From Octopus sinensis (taxonomy: Eukaryota): a stretch of DNA of 64,000 nt. Location of the stretch: assembly GCF_006345805.1 (NCBI RefSeq), contig NC_043017.1:8618001-8682000 (forward strand). Direction: 5' to 3'. The translations under genes and the position numbers were made by a program. The notes below the pieces were generated by a model. It was not told the DNA's origin. It saw nothing but the letters and a program-made list of their open reading frames with translations, and made no database searches. This document shows, in pieces, positions 49,597 to 62,926 of this stretch. The first letter of the stretch is position 1, and the number at the start of each line of letters is the position of its first letter.

Positions 49597-51599
49597 CACA
49601 TTCAAATATGTATACAAACACACTTGCATATATACGCGCATGCATACTTACACATTCAATTACAGATATCCATACGCATGCGTGCGTGCACACATACATA
49701 CACACACATTAACACACGCCCAAATACAACATACACATACAGTCATAATTGCATGCATATTCTCACATGTATACAAAACCACACAAATAGACAATCTCAC
49801 ACAGTCACACACACTCATAAGCCCACTCACGCACACTCCCACGCGTATACACACATACACACACTTACAAGCACATACACACACTACATAAAAACTGTTT
49901 CAAATTTTGGCTCAAAGTCATCAATTTCGAGGGGAGTGGGGTGGAGGGGGTAAGACGATTGCAACGATCCCCAGTACTTGACTGGTACTTATTTTATCGT
50001 CCCTGAAAGGATGAAAAGCAAAGTCGACCTCCGCGGGAATTGAACACGGAACGTAAAGACCCGGAAGAAATGCCGCTAATCATTTTGTCCGCCAACCTAA
50101 CGATTCTACCCACCTCACCGCTTTTAATAATTATTTCAATTTTTGGCACAAGGCCAGCAATTTCGGCGGGGGTGGGCGTAAGTCGATTACATCGAGCCCA
50201 GTACTAAACTGGTACTTATTTTAATGATCTCGAAAAGATGAAAGTCGACCTAATTGAATTTGAACTCAAGGTGTATAAAGGTAACTCCCTCATCAATCTA
50301 TTAAAACATATTGACAGGAACAGGCGCAGGCGTAGCTGTGTGGTAAGAACTTTGCTTCCCATGGTTCCGGGTTCAGTCCCACTGCGTAGCACCTTCGGCA
50401 AGTGTCTTCTACTAAAGCCTCGTGAGTGGATTTGGTTGGTGGAAACTGAAAGAAGCCCAACACTGCTTGAAAACCGGTGTTGGTGTGTTTATGTCCCTGT
50501 AACTTATCGGTTCGGCAAAAGAGAACGATAGACTGAGTACCAGGCTTGACAAAAGAATAAGTGCTGAGATTAGTTCGTTCGACTAAAAATTCTTCGAGGT
50601 GGTGCCCCAGCATGGCCGCAGTCTAATGACTGAAACAAGAAAAAGAATAAAAAAAAAAGGAGCTCTGTCTGACGTCAGCCATATAAACTGAAGGTTTCTA
50701 CACCCATTCGTCAAAAACATCATGATATTATCATATTTCCGTTCGTTTCAGTTCATTTCACTATTTTCCGCCATCTTATATGTACAAAGTTCGAAAGATC
50801 GCTAAAACTAGGTTGCGCTGCGTTTAATAAGCATATTTCTAGTCTCGCTACGAAAAAAGATCGATTGAAGTTAAATCACAAAGCTCTTTGCAACCAAAAA
50901 CCGAGAGCGAATGGCCTATTGATTAGTATTGAACCGATAGAATTTGGTGGAAAACATCGTTAGCATATCGCTTCATACAGATAATGTAAACGTGGTCAGG
51001 ATATGCCCATAACCGTGCAACGTTGACCGTACGTGTTAATTAACGATGGCATTAATGAAAGTCGAAATTAATCGATAGTCGATTAGTTCTTGCTCTCTGT
51101 TTACTGAAAGGAGACCGTGATTAAAATTACGGAGATTATTCCCAAAGCGAGGCTAAAAATATGTAAATTAAGCAGTTCTAATCGTAACTTTGTCAACAGT
51201 TTTTAAAAAATTGTATTGTTTCCTGAAACAATTTCACTTAAGATTTTTTTTCACTTAAGATTTTTAGTACGATTGTGGATACAAACGGCTGAAAAGATCC
51301 ATGGAGTATTGTTACTGGGGTATCAGGACAAAATCACCCCGAGAACAGAATCCACCCACCCCTTGACAAATTTTAAACAAAAATATCAACTAATAAATAT
51401 AAAAAAAATTTTATAAAATTTCACCTTCCTAAAATATTTTTATTGTAAAGAAATAAACAATATTCCGAGGGATTTTGTCCGAGAGGTGGGGCTCCTTAGG
51501 GGGATTTTGTCCTAGTTTCTGTTACTGGAGAGGGCGCGTAGCCCAAAGATCAAGAGCCTCTCCATGCGGTACTACGAGGTTACAACAAGAGTTTTTCTC

Positions 51600-51790
51600 G
51601 GTATTACAAATGTGGGATTAGAATGTCACAGGAAAAGATTACAAAACAGATTCTTCAAGCCGCGCCAATCGGGTAATCCAAGGGTGAGATGGCAAGATAA
51701 TATCTTATAGTCTGAGTAGGCCACGCTTGGGAATCCAGCCAAAAACTGTAATAATGGTTGCTTTTGATAGGACCCCATGAAGAATGTGGC
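51600..51790 (+). mobile_element. RTE-type LINE 3' fragment (decayed)
   Basis: KITKQILQAAPIG...[28 protein letters not shown] resembles the RTE ORF end. Confidence 0.5.
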
Positions 51791-51839
51791 CAGGGATTAT
51801 TTTCTCACGACTCTCCCAGGAATAGTAGGCGAAGATAGA

Positions 51840-52250
51840 AGGGTGGATGGACAGGTGGATAGATGGATGGATGGAGGTTGGATCATTGGATGGATGGACG
51901 GAAAAATAGGTGGACGGATGGATGGACAGGTGGATGGATGGGTAGACGGACGGGTGGACGAATGGATGGACGGGTGGATGGATGGACGAGTGGATGGAAG
52001 GATGGGTGGACGGGTGGATGGAAGGAAGGATGGGTAGACGGATGGATGGACGGGTGGATGGGTGGATAGATGGAAGGATGGGTGGACGGACGGGTGGATG
52101 GATGGAAGGATCAATGGATAGACGAATGGGGTGGATGGATGGATGAATGAATGGACGGACGGATAGGGGTGGATGGACTGATAGATGGATGGATGAATGG
52201 ACAGATGGATGAGTGGATGGATGGACGGGAGAATAGACAGATGGATGAGT
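51840..52250. repeat. Degenerate (GGAT/GGAC)n microsatellite
   Basis: Directly visible. Confidence 0.92.
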
Positions 52251-52653
52251 GTATGTGCGTGTGTGTGCATGAATGAATGCATGTATGTATGCATAAACGC
52301 GCGCGCGTATGTGTGAGAGAGAGAGTGTGTGTGTGCGTGTGTGTGTGTGTATGTATTTATCTCACCCACCACAACTTGAAAACCAGTGTTGATGTGTTTA
52401 CGTTACCATAACTTTGCAATTCGGCAACAGAGAACGATAGAATAGGTACCAGGCTTTAAAAACAATTACATACTGGGATCGATTTGCTCGACCAAAATTC
52501 TTGAAGGCGGTGCCCCACCATGGCCGCTGCCTAACGATTGAAACAAACGATGGAAGATGTGCGCGCGCGCTTGGATTTGTGTGTGTGTGTTTGAGTGCGT
52601 TTGTGTTTGTGTGTGTGTTTGTGAAGAAAAACTCCGATGAAAGCCAGAAGTAT

Positions 52654-52704
<51 letters not shown>

Positions 52705-52912
52705 AGTGAATATTATAAGTGATATAAAGAGCAAAGCTGCTGAAGCAAGTCAGAAGGTAGTTCTTCTGCGGTAGTCATGGACAAATTGCCGCCCGTGGGA
52801 CTTTTTGGATGGCACGTGTAAAATTACCTTAAATTTTGTTTAGTAGTGCGGCTCCCTCTGATGATGAACCATGTCTTTGCACGACCCGCTTCTCTAAAAA
52901 GTTAACCCGTAC

Positions 52913-53125
52913 CTGTTTTAAGGTAACATAGCGACTCAAAGACTGTAATAACTCTATGGTTGATTGACTTCGATAATGAAGTTGTGGTTCCTGGAATGAA
53001 AACAACTTCGACAAGAATGGCACGGAAAGAGTGGAAGGGGAATTGAATTATGGCACCAGGAGTGTTGTCGAAAGGCTTCGGGGCTTCGGGCTCCAAGTAA
53101 TTTTTCTCACAGTAACGTTTGATAG
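52913..53125 (-). CDS. Candidate internal exon of an unidentified gene (213 bp, phase 1-1)
   Basis: atccAG|CT...ACAG|GTACGG, open frame IKRYCEKNYLEPEAPKPFDNTPGAIIQFPFHSFRAILVEVVFIPGTTTSLSKSINHRVITVFESLCYLKT; weak polypyrimidine tract; family not recognised. Confidence 0.3.
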
Positions 53126-53208
53126 CTGGATATGAATGGTTTAACGAACCATTTAGTAAACAAAACCTGTGAAACCGAAACATTATTCACTCTCTCTCTC
53201 TCTTTCTT

Positions 53209-53280
<72 letters not shown>

Positions 53281-53465
53281 TTTCTCTGTGTGTGTGTGTG
53301 TTAGATTTTCATGTGTTAAACAGACTAAGCTCAGAGACGCCTTTAATTACATTTTGGAGTATCAAAACGATAAACAAACAATAAGCTCGCGTTTTATGCT
53401 TTCGCTGACATTTGCTCCTCATAATAATGCGAGACGATCTTTTGCTACTTTATACTCTGGAGTTC

Positions 53466-53559
<94 letters not shown>

Positions 53560-54460
53560 GTGTGTGTGCGTGTGTGTGTGTGCGTGTGTGTATTTGTGTG
53601 TGAGTGGGTATGTGTGTGTATATGTGTGTGTGTGTGCGTGCGTGTATATGTGTGTGTGAGTGCGTGCGTGCGTGAATGTATGTGTGTGTATGTGAGCGTG
53701 CGAACGTGTGTGTGTGCGTACGTGTGCGCGTGTATGTGTGTGCATGTATGTGTGTGCGTGCGTGTGTGCATGTATGTGTGTGTATATGTGTGTGTGTGTG
53801 CGTGCGTGTATATGTGTGTGTGAGTGCGTGCGTGTGTGAATGTATGTGTGTGTATGTGAGCGTGCGAACGTGTGTGTGTGCGTACGTGTGCGCGGGTATG
53901 TGTGTGCATGTATGTGTGTGCGTGCGTGTGTGCATGTATGTGTGTGTATATGTGTTTGTATATGGGTGCGTGTGTGTAGTTATGTGTGCCAGTGGGTATG
54001 CGTGTGTGTGTGTGTGTTGTGTGTGTGTGTGCTTTCCTCCATTGAAATAAAAGGTTTACAGGACTAACGTTTCAAAAATAGCCCACATTAAAAAGCAGCC
54101 TCGTACACTAAAAACTAGATTTGGTGAACGTCTGCCTCTTTCTTTAATATGCTTCAATTGAACTGAACATTCCGAAGCCGTCTTCATGTTCTGCCGTTTC
54201 CACAGTTTCTCCAAATTCTATCACTAAACGTCTTGAATTTTCCAAATCATCCACGTAAAACAACAAACCTTCGTGTGACTTTCTCTGCTTCTTGTTTCAA
54301 CTAACGAAATAACTGACAAATTTGATGCGATAATAACCTGGATAAGTGACAACTGGCTGAGTAACATATCTACCTAAGCTCAATTGAGGCCCATCTACGA
54401 TTTTATTGTTAAAATGTTTGTGCAATAAATTGGTCATATACTTCTAGAATACACAACATA

Positions 54461-54867
54461 CTCTTTTACTCTTTTACTTGTTTCAGTCATTTGACTGCGG
54501 CCATGCTGGAGCACCGCCTTTAGTCGAGCAAATCGACCCCGGGACTTATTCTTTGTAAGCCCAGTACTTATTCTATCAGTCTCTTTTGCCGAACCGCTAA
54601 GTGACGGGGACGTAAACACACCAGCATCGGTTGTCAAGCAATGCTAGGGGGACAAACACAGACACACAAACACACACACATACATATATATATACATATA
54701 TACGACAGGCTTCTTTCAGTTTCCGTCTACCAAATCCACTCACAAGGCATTGGTCGGCCCGGGGCTATAGCAGAAGACACTTGCCCAAGATACTACGCAG
54801 TGGGACTGAACCTGGAACCATGTAGTTGTTTTAGCAAGCTACTTACCACACATCCAGTCCTGCGCCT
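54461..54867 (-). mobile_element. tRNA-derived SINE, family A, full length
   Basis: Close reverse-complement match to 48884-49272. Confidence 0.92.
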
Positions 54868-55216
54868 ATATCTACATTTTTTTTATATAGGGTTCCTAAT
54901 AATATAGGCTGCGTAGTATGACATTTGCTTCCCAACCACCTGGTTCCGGGTTCGTCCCACTGCATGGCGCCTTGGGCAAGTATTTTCTGCTATGGCCTCC
55001 GTTGACCAAAGCCTTCTGAGTAGACATGGTAGACGGAATCTAAAAAAAGCCCACCGTATATACACATTTATTTCCCAACCACATGGTTCCGGGTTCGTCC
55101 CCTTGCATGGTGCTTTGGGCAAGTATTTTCTGCTATGGGCTCGGCTGACCAAAGCCTTGTGAGTAGACATGGTAGACGGAAGCTGAAAAAAGCCCATCGT
55201 ATATACCTATGTATAC

Positions 55217-55254
<38 letters not shown>

Positions 55255-55559
55255 CCACCACTTGACAACAGGCGTTGGTGTGTTTACGTCCTTGTAATCT
55301 AGCGGTTCGGCGAAAAAGATCGATAGAATAAGTACCAGGTTTTAAAAAAAGAAGTACTGGGGTCGATTCATTCGACTAAAAATTCATTCTTCAAGGCGGT
55401 GCCCCAGTATGGCCGTACTCTAATGATTGAAACACGTAAAAAGGAAAAAAAAAATTTAATTATAAAATGGCTTTCGGCGGGGGGTGGGGGTGCACCAGAA
55501 TAAAATAGAAATCAAATAGGTCCAGAGGAAAAAAATATGCTTCAGAACCACTCATGTCA

Positions 55560-55780
55560 ACAGTTAACATGTTTCTCATGATTTTTCTGCATGTACGCCT
55601 TTGTCGAGAAGCTTTCGCTCACTTGAAATTTATATGGAAGTTATTATTTGCCAGACTGAATAGTTAAACTTTTTTTTTTAAGACGTCGGTACAATTCCAC
55701 AACAAAACTTTTCTTTCATCCTTCTGCAAGTTTTTTCATAATCTTCAGTTTCAAATCTTTTGATATTGTTTTCTGCTTAC
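55560..55780 (-). mobile_element. Tigger/pogo transposase N-terminal (CENP-B-type HTH) fragment
   Basis: RKQKTISKDLKLKIMKKLAEG*KKSFVVELY resembles KRK.lS.e.Kl.il..le.Gek...ia..y. Confidence 0.5.
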
Positions 55781-56177
55781 GTGATATGCAGAGATAACAA
55801 GAGTATTGAATTATTTATTGAGAACAAAAATAAAAAATAAAAAGAGAGAGAGAGAAAAACTATTGCACTTTAATAAAAAATTTTTAAATACTGGGTAAGC
55901 GATACGATGCAGTACATAAAAACCCACGCTAGAACGCAACAACGAACTTAATACGACTGAATGATTACTTTCACTTGTGCACGCAAATAAAACAAGATCG
56001 ACCCTCACAAAGGAAGTTCAAATTTAAGCAACACACGCGTAAATCTTTTATCTTTTACTTGTTTCAGTCATTAGACTGCAGCCATGCTAGGGCACCACCC
56101 CATACACACGCACACACACATACGCACACACACACACACACACAATCACACACACACATATATATATAAAGAGAGAA

Positions 56178-57000
56178 AGAATGTAAATAAGTAACAAGGA
56201 TGTCCAGGTATCAATACATTACGACCGTTTCGAGCGGCTCCATTTAATCGATCAATGAAAACATTACATCAATTTGAAAGAAACTGCTCTCCTCCAAGCG
56301 TAGATGACCATATAGATTCACAACATAAACGATAAACCATTTTTAACAAATTTATATCAGAAACCAAAATAATTACATTGTTTCCTTGTGTTATATTTGT
56401 GGCAGAATGAGTTTAGAAAAAAAAATGCATATCTTATTAAGCTTACTATAATTTAGAGAGTAGCAGGGGAAAATAATGGGAGTGGTGAGATAGTCATTTA
56501 TATATAGAAGGTTTCATGCAGCATGCAGTCTACAACCATTTAGAATTAAATCCATTGGGAATTAAATCAAGTATGTTTCTAGTTGATAGTGATAAATCAA
56601 AGTTGACAACTCCCAACGGATTTAATCCTAAATGCCTATAGACTACATGCTGCATGAAACCTTTTATATATAAATGACTATCTCACCACTCCCATATCTC
56701 GACCCCCACTGTTTTCCCCTGCTACTCTCTAAATTATAGTAGGCTTAATAAGATATGCATTTTTTTTTCTAAACTCATTCTACCACAAATATAACATAAG
56801 GAAACAATGTAATTATTTTGGTTTCTGATATTGATATAAATTTGTAAAAATGATTTATCGATTATGTTGGGAATCTATACTTGGAGGAGAGTAGCTTCTT
56901 TCAATTTGATGTAATGTTTTCATTGATCGATTAAATGGAGCTGCTTGAAACGGCCGTAATGTATTGATATCTGTGCATCCTTGTTCCTTATTTACATTCT
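56178..57000. mobile_element. Large foldback element (~385-bp arms, ~45-nt loop)
   Basis: agaatgtaaataagtaacaaggatg...ccatttagaattaaatccattggga mirrored by tcccaacggatttaatcctaaatg...catccttgttccttatttacattct, with a few indels. Confidence 0.9.
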
Positions 57001-57241
57001 GTTCACCTACCTTGGAGCTCTGCAGACTGTACCGAACTGGCTCGGTGCCTCAATTTAAGACGTTGGTGTGTTTATGCCCCCGTAACTTAGCAGTTCGGCA
57101 AAAAGAGATCGATAGAATAAGTACTAGGCTTACAAAGAATAAGTCATGGGGTCGATTTGTTCGACTAAAGGCAGTGCTCCAGCATGGCCCCAGTGAAACT
57201 GACTGAAACAAATAAACAAATAAAAGAATATATATATATAT

Positions 57242-58499
57242 TGTTACGGTTGGCTAAGAGCATTTCGGGTTTAATTAGTGTAGTGTTTCTGGTGACCCAC
57301 ATCGTGGATATGGTTCCAGTATGTCTGGTGAAAATGTGACAGTCTTTTGTCTAATGGAGGACTAATGGGTTTTGGAATGACCTGTGACCTCGTGCGGCTG
57401 AGAAGAGGGTCAGGAGAATGTGAAAGAAAAGGGACAGATTAAGGGCTGAGAGCAAATAGAGATAGAGTATAAGCAGTAAGGGACGGATGGAGAGGCTAAG
57501 AGTCTGGCAGGCGATAGCGATAGAGTAAGAGCAGAGGGCAAATAGAAAGGATAAGCAGTAAGGGACAGATAGAGAGGCTAAGGGATTGAGGCGATATAGA
57601 TAGAGTAAGGAATCAGAGAGCAGTTAGAGAAGGTGTGAGCGGTACAGAGGGAGATGAGGGAGTGGAAGAAGCACAGAGACGAAGTGAGGTCTTGGCAGTC
57701 GTTGAGCGGTCGTCGAAGAACACAGACGGACTCTGGAGGTCAGAGCGAGTGGATGGATCCTTGGATTTAAGGAGCAAGCGTTGGGATTCCTGGGAGCGAG
57801 CTGGGATGCGAGGAGGCCTAGGGGCAAGCGATTGGAATATGCAGAAGGGATATGTACAGAAGGATTTGGCAGTATTCAGAGGAATTGGCAGGATTGAGAG
57901 GAATGGGACACTGGCAGATTCAATTAGGAAGTGAGGTATGTGTTTGTGCATTGATATGTGTCACGGTGTAAAGAACAGTCAAGGACTCTGTCGATGTGGT
58001 CGATAAAGGACATTGTGAATTGAGTAAAGGACTTGTTGAATTGTAACGTGAATTGTTGTGATACGAACATTGCATAATGTATCGAAGTGTTCTGATTGGA
58101 CTGTGACGTATCGTGAACATTATTTGATCTGGACTTGTTGTGTCGTTACTGAACACTGTTATATTGTTACATGCATGTTGTTAAATGCTTTGATCTGTTG
58201 TATGATGTATTGAGTAGTCACGTGCATGTCTTTCTTTAAATGTCTGCCTTAAATGTATTTGATGTTGTAACAATTGTGATTGTCGTATAAACTGTTGTTT
58301 GAATATATAAGCCAGTGTTGCCAGTTGTTGCCTCTCTTTGGGTTGTGTCTCGGGTTGTGCCTCTGTATCTCTGTGCTGTTGAGGTTGTGGCAGTGTCTAT
58401 CTGTATCTCCTCTCTCCGCCTCTTTGGGTTCCGTGGCGGAACTAGTTGTGAGCCGTTCGGGACGAGCGACGACGGGCGATTCCGCTCCGTTCCGTAACA
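57242..58499. mobile_element. Solo LTR (Gypsy-like) inserted in an (AT)n tract
   Basis: Begins TGTTACGG and ends CCGTAACA (8-bp terminal inverted repeat, TG...CA); ATAT on both sides; no gag/pol; internal duplication ataagcagtaagggac...gagaggctaag. Confidence 0.8.
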
Positions 58500-58580
58500 A
58501 TATATATATATATATATGAATAATCAATATATAATAAGTTTGGAGTATACTCCCTAATATTATTATTAGTTGTACTATAT

Positions 58581-58614
<34 letters not shown>

Positions 58615-59271
58615 GTACAACTAATGTACTAAATGTGTGTATATTTTCGGTATTGTAAAATGTGACAATTTTTATTTTGCATATCTTTCTAATCCTTTAC
58701 AAAACTTTACAAAGCTTACATATTTTTTGCAATTCTGCGACAATTAATCACTGATGTCCAGGTCTGTTCGTCAAAACATAACAAAAAATATATATATTCC
58801 GTACATCCTACAGCAACTATATTTAAGCGGACGATGAGGGAATAAAATTGACTTGGCGAAATCAAGATGGACGACAACGTAATCGAAACCGGCGATAACG
58901 AGTCTGTGGTTTACGCTAACGAATTTAATGTTGACGTTGTTGATCATGACAAATGAGATGCGATATATATCTTACATATTATCTTGTATTATATATATCA
59001 ATGTTTGTTTTTATGTTCATTTATGATAAAAACCATTTACATTAATCTGATAGGTTACTCTATACCATTGTAGATTACAAATTTATTATCCTTATACAAG
59101 AATGTTGGTGACAGGCCAGTTAAGCCATCGTCGCAGAAAAGTGATATATATGTGTGCGCACGCGCGTGTATAAAGCACTTTTGCTCGCTTACTCTCTCTC
59201 TCTCTCACTCCTCTTTTTTTGCTATACCTATCTATCTATATGTGTGTGTGTATATGTATATACATATATAT

Positions 59272-59318
<47 letters not shown>

Positions 59319-59319
59319 C

Positions 59320-59358
<39 letters not shown>

Positions 59359-59499
59359 GAGCGTGCGGTGGGTAAATTGTCGCCATTTTATATTTTTTAT
59401 TTTGCGTATGCGCATTGCTTGTTTTTCATTTTGTCGACGACTCAGTATAGTAGGGTCAGTTGGGCACCGTCTGTAAAATAAATAACACCATGACACACT

Positions 59500-60090
59500 T
59501 CACTCTGCCAGAAATTTGGAAACAACACGCTGTACTGCTTGGCATTCGCGCCGGAAGCTCCAATACGAAAAGATGGTGAACACAGAAAACAACCGTCGGC
59601 TTGCCGTGTCCCCAAGACATGTACCGAGAGTGAGAAAAATCAAACATCCAGTCAACATCATGGTGTTTGGAGTGATGATGACGTTATACTTCCATTCATC
59701 TTCCCAAACGGCCTCAGACTCAACACGGAGGCCTACATCAAGTGCTTGGGAGAGGTAGTGCTGCCCTGGGTCAAGAGGGTGGCTACTGGAAGACCCTATT
59801 TCTGCACAAGCAGGAGAACCCAGTCATGGCTGTCACACAATTTCTGAGACCACATCACCCCTAACACCTAGCCACCTAACTACCCAGACTGCAACTCCCT
59901 TGATTATTATTCATGATGCACAATGGAGCGAGAGACCAACAAAACTCCTTGTAACATCAAAGGTGAATTGAAGGCAAGGATTATGGCAGCACTCACCAAC
60001 TTAAACAGAGAGATTGTCCAGAAGAGTTGCAGGAGATTCCGAAGTTGTCTAGAGGCCGTGGTTGAAGCCAATGGCGATTTTATTGAATAA
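59500..60090 (+). mobile_element. Decayed maT (DD37D-type) transposase remnant, second lineage
   Basis: NTENNRRLAVSPRHVPRVRKIKHPVNIMVFGV, IFPNGLRLNTEAYIKCL.EVVLPWVKRVA.GRPY, PPNYPDCNSLDYY, RSCLEAVVEANGDFIE*. Confidence 0.8.
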
Positions 60091-60406
60091 ATTTACTCTT
60101 TAGTATTTCAAGATATTTTTATGTAATTTTGGTAAATATATCTGCTAAAATAATGTCAGTGTTATTTTCATTTTTGCTTAATTTAGACGGCAATATATTC
60201 ACTGCATAGTGTGGTGTGTGTGTGTGTGTATGTGTATGTGTGTGTGTGTGTGTGTGTGTGTAATGTGTTTGCAGGTTGTATTTCACAAGGCTTTTTACTT
60301 TTATTGGGCTTCGGATTTTCTTATAATAATATCTTTACTCTCTTAACTCATCGAGTGCTATACCATTTTTGAAAATCATGTCACACACAGTAACTCTCAG
60401 TATCTA

Positions 60407-61684
60407 TTGAGTTGGCAACTAAGTTCCCGCCGGTTTTTTTTAAATTTTGGAATTTATTGCGTTTTTAAATTTTGGAATCTATTTTTTGCGAGAATTCTAT
60501 TTTTGAATCATTTTGGAATCTATTTTTCTTTCTAGTCAATTTTAGTTAATTTTTGTTTATTTTCAGATCATTAAAACGGAATGTCAAGTTAAGAAAAACG
60601 AGCATTTTCGACACCTCCTTCTCTTTGCTTTTAATCGGTTCTAAGGTCGCAAAAGCTGCTCGCGACATTTGTGCTGTGTATGGAGAGGGTGCCATAGCTG
60701 AAAGAACCGCTCGTGATTGGTATGCCAAGTTCAAAAACGGAAATTTTGATCTCAAAGACGCACCTTGTTCTGACCGTCCACTTGAGTTCGATGAAGAGCG
60801 ATTAAGCCAACTTTTCCACGAAAATTCTCGTCAATCGACAAGGGAACTAACAGAGAAAATGGAATGCTCCCACACTGCTATAGAGAAGCGTCTTCACTCG
60901 ATGGGAAAGGTTCAGAAGTATGGCGCATGGGTTCCGCATGCTTTAAGTGACAACAACAAAAATCAACGAGCCACAATCTCCGCAGTTTTGCTTGCTCGTC
61001 ACCGCTCAACTCATGGACACAAGCAACGATTTCTTTACTGAATCGTTACTGGCGACGAAAAATGGTGCCTGTACATCAATATGAAGCAGCGTAAGGAATG
61101 GCTTAGCCCCGGTGAACAAGCGACACCGCGCGTGAAACAAGATCTTCATCCGCCTAAAACGATGTTATGCGTATGGTGGGACATGAAGGGATTATCCATT
61201 ACGAATTGCTTGAACGGAACCAAACGGTCAACGCGGAACTCTGTGTTCAACTGATGGAACGACTCAACACGGCTATTCAAGAGAAAAGACCTAATGGAGT
61301 TCTGCTGCACGACAATGCCTACCCTCATATTGCCAATATGACCAAGGAAGCCATTCAAACGCATGGCTAGGAAGTGCTGCCACACCCGCCGTACTCTCTT
61401 GATTTGGCACTAACGGGTATCCATCTCTTTCGATTTCTTTCAAATGTTATGCGCGGAGTTTCGTTCAATAATGATGCAGAATTGAGAGCTTGGTTCGATC
61501 AATTTTTCGAGTCGAAATCGAGTGATTTCTACCAACGAGATATTGAAAATCTTGTTGAACGTTGGGAAGAAGTTGTAAACAACAAGGGTGAATACATAAT
61601 TGATTAATTAGTTGTTACTTTTTATTAAACCTTTTTAAAAAATTTAAATATTAAAAAACGACAGGAACTTAGTTGCCAACCCAA
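60407..61684 (+). mobile_element. Full-length (1278 bp) mariner element
   Basis: TIRs ttgagttggcaactaagttcc / ggaacttagttgccaacccaa, TA TSD (60405-60406 and 61685-61686), single decayed transposase. Confidence 0.95.
60576..61607 (+). pseudogene. Mariner DD34D transposase pseudogene
   Basis: Start codon reads ACG; EHFRHLLLFAFN, WYAKFKNGNFDLKD, WVPHAL, IVTGDEKW, HDNA, HPPYSLDLALTG (third catalytic D replaced by G at spacing 34); two frameshifts and two in-frame stops. Confidence 0.93.
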
Positions 61685-62099
61685 TATATATTTCTGCCTC
61701 TTTTTTTTTTTCTTCCCCCTTTTTTACCTGAAGAAATCTATGCAGAGAAAATGGTATAACGATGGCGACTCTGGACGCTTGCCTATGTGCACGACAAAGT
61801 GTCGATGTCTTTTCTATGAAAATGTTTGTGAAAATGGTTAAAAAAAAATACAGGCATTTCTAAAGAATGTTTGGAATAACTAAAATAATGTGAATTTTTT
61901 ACTAAACACACTTTTCCTAGCTAACCCCAACCACTTCGATACAAACACCGTCTCTGGATTTGACTGTATCTTGTGTGGTTTATGCAGTTTACGGAGTTTC
62001 GAGATATTTGACTGAATGTCTGGTTTTTAAAACAGCCGACAGTTAAGATTTATGTGAAAAGTCTGGACTTGTGATCAAGAAGAAAGCTAAAGACTTTAA

Positions 62100-62232
62100 A
62101 AAAGTATATATATAATACATACATACATATATACATATATTTATATATATATATGCAATATATATATATATATTTATGTATACATATACATACGCACATA
62201 CATCTATCCATATACATAATATGTGCATGTGC

Positions 62233-62266
<34 letters not shown>

Positions 62267-62271
62267 TATAA

Positions 62272-62306
<35 letters not shown>

Positions 62307-62308
62307 CA

Positions 62309-62378
<70 letters not shown>

Positions 62379-62449
62379 GTATTATATATGTATATATATA
62401 ATGTATATATATATATATATATATATATACATACATAAAAATTTACACA

Positions 62450-62480
<31 letters not shown>

Positions 62481-62875
62481 CATATGCTCATATACTGATA
62501 ACGACACCGCAAAAAAGAACAAGGAAAATAAACTTTTACATAGAAAAAAACGTTAAAACGTTTTTCAGAATGACAAAAGTAAATAAAAAAAAAACATATA
62601 ACGGAGAGGTTTTTTTTTTATATATTTTGTTGTTAATTTTTATGATCCATTATGGGCCAATAATACTTAGTTAATTCAGATATTTGTTGTGTTTAGATCG
62701 AATAACAGGGGTTACGCCTTCAGACATATTTTCGGGGCGACATTTTTTAAAGAGGTCAACATGTCCGTTTAGAAAAACCCAAACTTAAGCATATTTCAGG
62801 AGATATTTCCTCGTTTTCTACTTTACTTTGTTGGAACTGACAAATGTCAGTACGTGTGAGTTGTATTATTTGCAT

Positions 62876-62926
<51 letters not shown>

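Noticed and set aside
54110-54340. Protein-like minus-strand stretches (EGLLFYVDDLENSRRLVIEFGE...)
   Set aside because: No frame is open from an acceptor to a donor.
57635-57934. 99-aa ORF as gag or a host gene
   Set aside because: Lies inside the TG...CA-bounded solo LTR and shows no gag motifs.
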